A stretch of DNA of 64,000 nt from Nibricoccus sp. GTDB taxonomy: Bacteria > Verrucomicrobiota > Verrucomicrobiia > Opitutales > Opitutaceae. The stretch covers positions 3,776,001 to 3,840,000 of the forward strand of contig JASGHG010000001.1 in the NCBI GenBank assembly GCA_047602425.1, read 5' to 3'. Of the stretch, positions 57,306 through 64,000 are shown piece after piece (positions within the stretch are counted from its first letter, which is position 1; every line of letters begins with the position of its first letter). The notes under the pieces are model-generated. The model worked only from the letters and a program-made list of their open reading frames with translations. It did not search any database and was not told the origin of the DNA. A program made the translations under genes and the position numbers.

Positions 57306-60300
57306 ATGAAAAAGCATACCATGCACCGGCCGGTGCTGGTGCTTTTGGCAATGTGTCTTGCGCCAGGCTTTGCCTTGGCGCAAGGCGCTGCGCCGAGCAC
57401 TACAGCCACCGAGCCCGTTCAGAACAAATCGAACGATGCAACGACTTCCAGCAGTGACCTATCCGATGAGCAGGTACTGGTGTTGGATCCGTTTTCAGTC
57501 ACGACCGAGCACGAAGGCTATCAGGCGACCGACACCTTGGGCGGCGCCCGCGTCCGCACGAAATTGGCAGACACGCCTTCGTCAATTTCAGTGATCACGC
57601 CCAAATTTATGCAAGATCTGGGCGTCACCAATGCCGAGGATTTGTTGAGGTATACTACAAACACTGAAATCGCCGGTCTTAACGGTAATTTCTCTGGCGT
57701 CACCAGTCGTGGTTTCGGCGCGGTGGGCGCAGCGGAAGGCTCGCGCCATGCGAATCCATCGGGGACGAATCGTGCACGTGGTCTTACCGCCATGGATAGC
57801 ACAAGGAACTATTTTAAAACCTATATCCCGGGCGATAGTTTCAATGTAAGCCGTTGGGAAATTGCGCGTGGTCCGAACTCGTTCCTGTTCGGTGTCGGAA
57901 GTCCCTCCGGTATTAACAATGTGATGACGAACGAAGCCGTATATAAAAATATGGGCTCCCTCGAAGGTAAAGTGGGAAGCTTCGGCACGCATCGTGAGAG
58001 CGTTGATTACAACTATGTACTCGTTCCAGGACAGCTCGCTCTTCGAGTGGATGCATTGAATGACGATACACAGTACCAGCAGAAACCTGCTTTCAGCCGT
58101 TCGAAGCGAATTTATGGAACGGTGCGTATCGATCCCAAGGTGCTAGATACCGGTTGGGCTCACACGAAGATTCAAGCCAACTTCGAACACGGAAAAGTCG
58201 ATTCAAACCTTCCCCGCGAGTTGCCGCCGCTGGACTATATTAGCGGCTATTTCCAAGGGACCAATAAAAATGGTTATGACCCGTTTACCTATAATAGTAA
58301 CGGCCCGAACAATTATGACGTTAACGCTTCTCCGTGGGTGACCAACGCCAACAACATGCACTATGCATGGGGAAATAGCGCGACCTACTGGTACGATGCT
58401 CTCTCCGGCAATCTGCTCCGAGCTGCCCAAAGTGGTATGGGTGGCACGGGAGCTCCCGCTGGTCTTACCAACGTGCGTCAGGATGGTAACACCTTCCATA
58501 TATATACAGCCGGCTTTGCGCACTTTGCCCGGTCCCAAGATTATACTTATCCGAATTCGTTCCCGGGCGCCTATGCGCGCACTGTGAACTATCTCGATAA
58601 GAGCCTCTCAAATACCTCCATCTTCGATTTCTACAACAAACTGATCGATGGCCCCAACAAACGTGAGTGGCAGAACTGGGACTCTTTCAACGTCAACGTG
58701 GTTCAAAGTCTGTTTGATAACCGACTGGTCATTCAAGCCGTGGCAGACCATCAGAAATATACACGTGGAAAAGAAGGTCTGCTGACGTCCTATATAACGC
58801 CATTTATCTCGGTCGACTTGGACTCTTATATGCTCACCTATCCGTCGTGGTTGCCTCAGGCCCAGACGAATCCCAATGTCGGCAGGCCATTTATTGCCGG
58901 CGACATGAGCGGTGGCGGCAACAACTCAGCCGACTACACGACGCGCAACTATCAGTTGACGGCCTCCTATTCGCTGAAATTTGAAGACCTGATTGGAAAA
59001 GGACCGTTGGCGAAGGTTCTCGGACACCACGAAATAACCGGGCTGGCTGGCAGATATACCACCCTGGCGGACCTCAAGGCTTGGGATCTATACGCGATGG
59101 ACACGATCTACGCCCAAAATGCCCGCAGAACGGATATGACGTTGTCGAATCGGACCGTGAGCTGGGTCGCCTATCTTGGGCCGACGCTGAAAAACTGGAA
59201 TTCCCCTGCGGGATCAAACCTCAGCAGCCTAACCAATCCTTTGATTCCGACATCGGGACCGGTTAAAGTTTGGAATAACACCTACACTGGTGATCTAACG
59301 GCTGTTAATAATCCTTGGAATAATCCTATACCGGGAGTCGTCGGTGGTGTGACAACAACCCAAATTAATAATCCGGCAAACTACGCTGGTTATACCTCAC
59401 TGGCGTCAACGGTTCTTAATTCGCAATACAATCGAGACCAGCTGTACACTTCGGGCAGCAAGTCCGATGAAACGATCACCTCGAAAGCCCTCATGTACCA
59501 AGGCTATTTCTGGGATGATACGGTCATCCCGATGATTGGTTTGCGTACCGACAAGGTGCGTCAACGTGGTAACCAAGCTGTGGTCTATGCGGAAACTGGC
59601 GTGGCAAACATGAACTACAGCCTGATCGATTCAGGCGTTACCGTGGAAACGAAATCGAGCAGTTATGGCGTCACGGTCCACTTGCCGAAATCGATTAAAA
59701 AGAAGCTGCCAGGAGAAACGGATATTTCACTGTTTTACTTCCATGGTGAAAACGAAACGCCTCGCGTGCGCTACGGCATCGACGGATCGATGCTTCCAAG
59801 CGAGTCGGGACGTACCAACGACTATGGCGTTCAACTCGATACCTTGAACGGTCGTGCGTCGCTGCGTTTCACGGTTTTCAAAACCGAAAATAAAAATGCC
59901 CAAGCCTCCTATGGACAGCCACTCGGTGCCGCGGGCTGGCTGATCGACTCGCTTCCTTCGTGGACCCTCACGATGGCTGCGAGTGGTATCATGACCTCGC
60001 AGGGTAATCCTCCTGACACCGGTAATTCCTGGCTGTGGGGTTGGGGACAATCGAACCCAGCTCTGGCTGCCCAGATTGCCACGGCGATTCGCAATGAATT
60101 CCCAAAGCTGTTCCCGCAGTCTTACTGGGATCAATACGGCATGCCGGTCAGCGTGGCGGCCATTCAGCGGGGAGATTGGGCCAACGTCGTCTCCAACGGA
60201 GCAGGACCCTATCCTTGGAGCATCAACAACACGCACTTGATTCACGGTGTGCAGCCGATCATCGACCAGAACATTGTTTCGAAGGGCTATGAAATCGAAG

Positions 60301-60929
60301 CTAACCTTAAGCCTCTGAAGGGCTGGGATGTTTCTTTCAATGCCTCGAAGGTAAAAGCCTACCAAACTTCCCTAGGTGAAGGCGCCGATCGTTACTTGAA
60401 CGGCATGGCTCGCTTGTGGCTGGGTACTGTCATCGGTGATACACCTGAATGGGGTGGTGGACCGATTCGCAACGAGTTCATGAGCGGCATTTGGGCTCCT
60501 TACCTCACGCAGGTCGCCTTGACCGGCACCGAGCAGCCTGAACTGCGGAAATGGAACTTTAAGGTCATCTCGAACTACACGTTCTCTCGCGGTCCTTTGA
60601 ATGGCTTCAACTTCGGCGGAGCCTATCGTTGGGCTTCGAAGCCGATTCTTGGTTATGGTATCAAACGGACCACGCTGTTCGGGAACTCCGCGTGGATCGC
60701 GGACGTAAACCAACCGCATTACGGCACGATCGATTCTCATTTCGATCTGTGGGTTGGTTATCAACGTCAGCTTTCCAAGAAGCTCGACTGGAGAATTCAA
60801 CTCAACCTGCGCAACGTCGGCGAGCGCGCTCATTTGACTCCGATCTCCGTCGAGCCGGATGGCACGTGGGCCCAGCAGCGCATCGTGAACGGTCAGACCT
60901 TCGAGGTGAGCAACAAGTTCATGTTCTAA
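57306..60929 (+). CDS. TonB-dependent receptor
   Basis: Signal peptide, VLVLDPFSV (TonB box), GYQATDTLGGAR..TKL.D plug, RGPNSFLFG, WRIQLNLRN, C-terminal F. Confidence 0.9.
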   Translation: MKKHTMHRPVLVLLAMCLAPGFALAQGAAPSTTATEPVQNKSNDATTSSSDLSDEQVLVLDPFSVTTEHEGYQATDTLGGARVRTKLADTPSSISVITPKFMQDLGVTNAEDLLRYTTNTEIAGLNGNFSGVTSRGFGAVGAAEGSRHANPSGTNRARGLTAMDSTRNYFKTYIPGDSFNVSRWEIARGPNSFLFGVGSPSGINNVMTNEAVYKNMGSLEGKVGSFGTHRESVDYNYVLVPGQLALRVDALNDDTQYQQKPAFSRSKRIYGTVRIDPKVLDTGWAHTKIQANFEHGKVDSNLPRELPPLDYISGYFQGTNKNGYDPFTYNSNGPNNYDVNASPWVTNANNMHYAWGNSATYWYDALSGNLLRAAQSGMGGTGAPAGLTNVRQDGNTFHIYTAGFAHFARSQDYTYPNSFPGAYARTVNYLDKSLSNTSIFDFYNKLIDGPNKREWQNWDSFNVNVVQSLFDNRLVIQAVADHQKYTRGKEGLLTSYITPFISVDLDSYMLTYPSWLPQAQTNPNVGRPFIAGDMSGGGNNSADYTTRNYQLTASYSLKFEDLIGKGPLAKVLGHHEITGLAGRYTTLADLKAWDLYAMDTIYAQNARRTDMTLSNRTVSWVAYLGPTLKNWNSPAGSNLSSLTNPLIPTSGPVKVWNNTYTGDLTAVNNPWNNPIPGVVGGVTTTQINNPANYAGYTSLASTVLNSQYNRDQLYTSGSKSDETITSKALMYQGYFWDDTVIPMIGLRTDKVRQRGNQAVVYAETGVANMNYSLIDSGVTVETKSSSYGVTVHLPKSIKKKLPGETDISLFYFHGENETPRVRYGIDGSMLPSESGRTNDYGVQLDTLNGRASLRFTVFKTENKNAQASYGQPLGAAGWLIDSLPSWTLTMAASGIMTSQGNPPDTGNSWLWGWGQSNPALAAQIATAIRNEFPKLFPQSYWDQYGMPVSVAAIQRGDWANVVSNGAGPYPWSINNTHLIHGVQPIIDQNIVSKGYEIEANLKPLKGWDVSFNASKVKAYQTSLGEGADRYLNGMARLWLGTVIGDTPEWGGGPIRNEFMSGIWAPYLTQVALTGTEQPELRKWNFKVISNYTFSRGPLNGFNFGGAYRWASKPILGYGIKRTTLFGNSAWIADVNQPHYGTIDSHFDLWVGYQRQLSKKLDWRIQLNLRNVGERAHLTPISVEPDGTWAQQRIVNGQTFEVSNKFMF

Positions 60930-60992
60930 TCTCTATCAGCAGACGCCTACTCTCGGGAATTTGCTAACCCACAGCCTGAGAGTACAAATTGC

Positions 60993-61026
60993 AGCCCGCA
61001 TGGCCCCTGGTCATGCGGGCTTTTTC
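60993..61026 (+). terminator. Rho-independent terminator after the TBDR
   Basis: AGCCCGCATGGCC-CCT-GGTCATGCGGGCT followed by TTTT. Confidence 0.85.
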
Positions 61027-61132
61027 ATTTCACAGCGGGCTTGCGATGTCCGCCCGGGGCTGGTCTGCTGCGAGCTTCCTGTTTATCGCCCGATCGGCCA
61101 TCCTGTATCAGAAACCTTTTAACATCGGTAAT

Positions 61133-61660
61133 ATGAAGTCCCGTTTGCTCGTTCTCGCTGTCCTTGCCCTTACGGCCTGCATGGCCCCCGGACCTCAGGC
61201 CCGGATCAAAATTTCGACGGGCGAACGGGTGGTGGTCGGCCTTCGCGACGGCAGGGTTGAAGGTTTTCAGAGTGACGTTGTAAAGGTCCTGGCCGCCCGG
61301 TTGATGTTAAACGCCCAAAACAAAAACGGCGTCTACGATCTGGGGCTTCTGTTTGTCGACGGCGCCCAGCCTGCAAGTATTTTGGTGGAAGATGTGAGCG
61401 ACGAAAAACCCGTCCTTGTATTGCGTGATGACAAACCAGTCCTCAATCAACGCATCTGGCACAAGACCAGCGAACCCGTTGATTTGATGTCAGATTCCAT
61501 GAAGTGGATGCACGATATCGACGATAGTTTTCGCGTTTACGATTTCCATATCACGTTGCAAGACGGACGAAAAATCAGGGTGCTCCAAGCCTCGATCTAT
61601 CTTGGTTTCTTTAAGTCCGCCATGATGCAGACAATCAACCCCGACAAAAATAAACCCTGA
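61133..61660 (+). CDS. Hypothetical lipoprotein
   Basis: MKSRLLVLAVLALTAC lipobox. Confidence 0.75.
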   Translation: MKSRLLVLAVLALTACMAPGPQARIKISTGERVVVGLRDGRVEGFQSDVVKVLAARLMLNAQNKNGVYDLGLLFVDGAQPASILVEDVSDEKPVLVLRDDKPVLNQRIWHKTSEPVDLMSDSMKWMHDIDDSFRVYDFHITLQDGRKIRVLQASIYLGFFKSAMMQTINPDKNKP

Positions 61661-61711
61661 GCGCTGGATTCCGCCGAGGAAATCGAGTTTATCTCTTTCA
61701 CCCCTTTTCCC

Positions 61712-62822
61712 ATGACGTCCTCGAAAAAACCGAAATCCCTGCGCGCCGCGACGCTTTCCGATGTCGGGCCGCGAGGCGGGCGTTTCGGCGATGGCGGCTT
61801 CGGCCGTGCTGAACGGCGCCCGTACCTCCTCCCGCATCGCTCCCGAAACGCGCGATCGCATCCTGCAGGCCGCCGCCAAGCTCCAATACCGCCCCAATGC
61901 CGCCGCGCGAGCTCTGGCCAACCGCCGCATGCACACCCTCGGCCTGGCCGCAGTCATCGAAGGCGGCGAGCTCAATCCGTACTTTCTCGAAGTTTTCAAC
62001 GGCATTCTGGAGGCCTGCTCCCGCCGCGAACAAAACACCACGGTTTTCACTCTGCATGACTGGCGCCGCGACGCCGCGCGTCTCTCCGGCTGGTGCGATG
62101 GCCGTATCGACGGCATGATTTTGGTGGCCCCGACGATGACGGCTGAAACGGCGAAACACCTTCCGACGCACACACCTTTCGTCGCGCTTCATGCGAACAT
62201 CGCTGTCGCCAACGTCGTCAACATCGAGACCGATGAGGAGCGTGGTTCCTATGAAATGGTTCGTCATTTGATCGCTCAGGGGCACCGCCGGATCCTGCAT
62301 GTGAGTGGAGACGAAGGTTTGGTCGGCGCCGAGCGTCGCTTGCGCGGTTACAAAAGGGCTTTGGTGGCCGCCCATATTCGCGTGGATAGCTCGCTGATTA
62401 TTCAGGCCAGCTTTAGCACCGAGAGCGGCCGCAATGCCATGCGTGGTTGGTTAAAACGCCATGCGGGCGAACCGCTGCCACACGCGGTTTTTTGCGTGAG
62501 CGATGGCGTGGCGATTGGCTGCATGGAGGCGTTGGCCGAAGTCGGCCTGCGAGTCCCCGACGATATTTCAGTGGCCGGTTTCGACGATACGCTGGCGGTC
62601 CGCACCACGGTTCCGCAGCTCACCACGGTTCGCCAACCTCTGCGTGCAATGGGCAATCGCGCGGTCGAAGTTTTGCTCAGCTGTATCCAGCGTCAAAACG
62701 ATCAAGCGCTGCCTGCACCGCAAAATCCCGTAGTCTTTCCGGTTGATCTGGTTCCGCGCGCCTCCGTCGGTGCGCCGCCTGCCGTCCGCCGTATCGTACC
62801 TTCGTATCGCGGAGTCGTCTGA
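61712..62822 (+). pseudogene. LacI-family transcriptional regulator with a +1 frameshift in the HTH (real lesion or sequencing error)
   Basis: MTSSKKPKSLRAATLSDVG in one frame continues as REAGVSAMAASAVLNG...LQYRPNAAARAL...VPDDISVAGFDD..LTTVRQP in another; there is an extra G in GGG at 61766-61768. Confidence 0.8.
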
Positions 62823-62933
62823 TATTGAGGGGTTAACGGGGGATTTTCCCCGCCATGGGGCTGAGGGATTTTTTATCAGTTTTTTGGATACGCACATTTA
62901 ATCCAAGTGCGAAAAGAGCCGATTTATAAGGGC

Positions 62934-63197
62934 ATGGAACACTCACCTAGCTCAGAATCAGCCCTCTATCCGTACCCGCTCGACGAAATCAAGAGCATGG
63001 CGGACGAGTGCGGCTTCTCGGTCGAGCAAATGGCGAAGGCGTTGCACCTGAAGGAAACAGCCAAGGCTCAGCAGCTCTCAGACTCGGAGTTGGCCGAGGC
63101 GCTCATCTGGAGCGTCTGGGTGGACATCAATCCGAAGAAATGTCCGCTGTCCTTCGCCTTGCTGGAAGAAGCCATTACCCGTCTGCAGAAGCGATGA
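62934..63197 (+). CDS. Small hypothetical protein
   Basis: 87-aa ORF with protein-like composition, flanked by AT-rich spacers. Confidence 0.55.
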   Translation: MEHSPSSESALYPYPLDEIKSMADECGFSVEQMAKALHLKETAKAQQLSDSELAEALIWSVWVDINPKKCPLSFALLEEAITRLQKR

Positions 63198-63311
63198 CGC
63201 TCGTGCCGGTTTACCGGCGCGCCTCCCGCCCCGCGGTTTGAGGCGAGGCGGAGCACCCGTCGCTCAACTTAAAAAAAGCGCAGAGGGATTTTCTCTCCCA
63301 GTCGGACTTTT

Positions 63312-63350
63312 AAAAAATTAAACGTGGAGGGGCTTCGCAGCACCTCCACG
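63312..63350 (-). terminator. Rho-independent terminator after the outer-membrane protein gene
   Basis: Minus strand CGTGGAGGTGCT-GCGA-AGCCCCTCCACG-TTTAATTTTTT. Confidence 0.75.
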
Positions 63351-63380
63351 GTTTTTACCCGAACAATTGATGAAGGGGGT

Positions 63381-64000
63381 TTAGAACACCCACGTTACGC
63401 CGCCCCGTGCGAGGTGGGTTTCCAAACGATCCAGATTGCAGGTGAGGTTGGGCATGCGGAAATCGGCGCCCTCGATGCTTTGATAGGCATAGCTGAAATC
63501 AAGCCGCAGCCGATCGATGATCTTAACCGAGATGCCCGCCGTGGCGCTCCAGGTGAAGCTGGTGGCGGTGTCGGATTGCGTTCTCGCGTAGGTGCTGCGT
63601 TTGAATTCCTTCCAAAGTTCGGACTCCATGCGCAACCTGGCATAACCAGCACCCGCACCTAAAAAGAAACGGACGCGTGCGTCGGTCTGGCCGAGGTACA
63701 AACGATAGTTGGCCATGATAGGGACGATGGCGAGCGCCGGCCGGTAGTCGGCGGCGATGTTTGTACCATTGCTGAGCTTCAGGAAGTCGCCATCGACGGT
63801 GAAATGTTCGGTGCTGGTCGGAAGGTCGAAATAATCGCCGTCGATGCGCAGGGTGGTGGTGCCGCGGGCGTCGTCCGGCCGATGGCCGCGAACCTCGGGT
63901 TCGGCCCAGGCGAGCACGCCAAGCGAGAGCGAGAGTTCATGCTGCGAAGCGGCATCCAAAGTCGAACCAACCGATATGCTGCCCGCTGCGCCGGCCTGAT
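63381..64000 (-). CDS. Outer-membrane beta-barrel (OmpA/Opa-like) protein, 5' end outside the window
   Basis: PIMANYR, FFLGAGAGYA, FTWSATAGIS, LDFSYAY, C-terminal GVTWVF; the frame is open to the window edge. Confidence 0.8.
   Translation of the reverse strand, partial: QAGAAGSISVGSTLDAASQHELSLSLGVLAWAEPEVRGHRPDDARGTTTLRIDGDYFDLPTSTEHFTVDGDFLKLSNGTNIAADYRPALAIVPIMANYRLYLGQTDARVRFFLGAGAGYARLRMESELWKEFKRSTYARTQSDTATSFTWSATAGISVKIIDRLRLDFSYAYQSIEGADFRMPNLTCNLDRLETHLARGGVTWVF

Overview
GC-rich bacterial chromosome segment, most likely Verrucomicrobiota/Opitutaceae (inferred from the PVC/Bacteroidetes-type ParE/ParC, DUF5069- and DUF3568-like proteins and the style of TonB-dependent receptor). 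It is mostly housekeeping DNA: parE-S41 protease-parC, a MoxR/DUF58/Bat operon, proS, clpS, ppx, hemL, nadE, aroE, maf, a pseudouridine synthase, comEC and rarA. It also has two carbohydrate clusters (GH43/FGE-BNR/DUF1080; acetylesterase/GH31 alpha-xylosidase/TBDR/LacI), a large PAS hybrid kinase and a decayed IS3 element. I saw no rRNA, tRNA or CRISPR array. The strongest unexplained signal is a GxxExxY (PD-(D/E)XK nuclease) gene between hemL and nadE, enclosed by 42-bp terminal inverted repeats (40/42 identical) built from three 10-bp-period units, with its start and stop codons inside the repeats. Gene-less inverted pairs with the same or similar end architecture occur several times in the window, suggesting an autonomous/non-autonomous mobile-element system. 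Several REP-doublet families (one in-frame inside nadE), TAATA-centred palindromes, and 6/7/8-bp microrepeat arrays absorbed into coding regions are also present. All family names come from motif recognition, not database searches.
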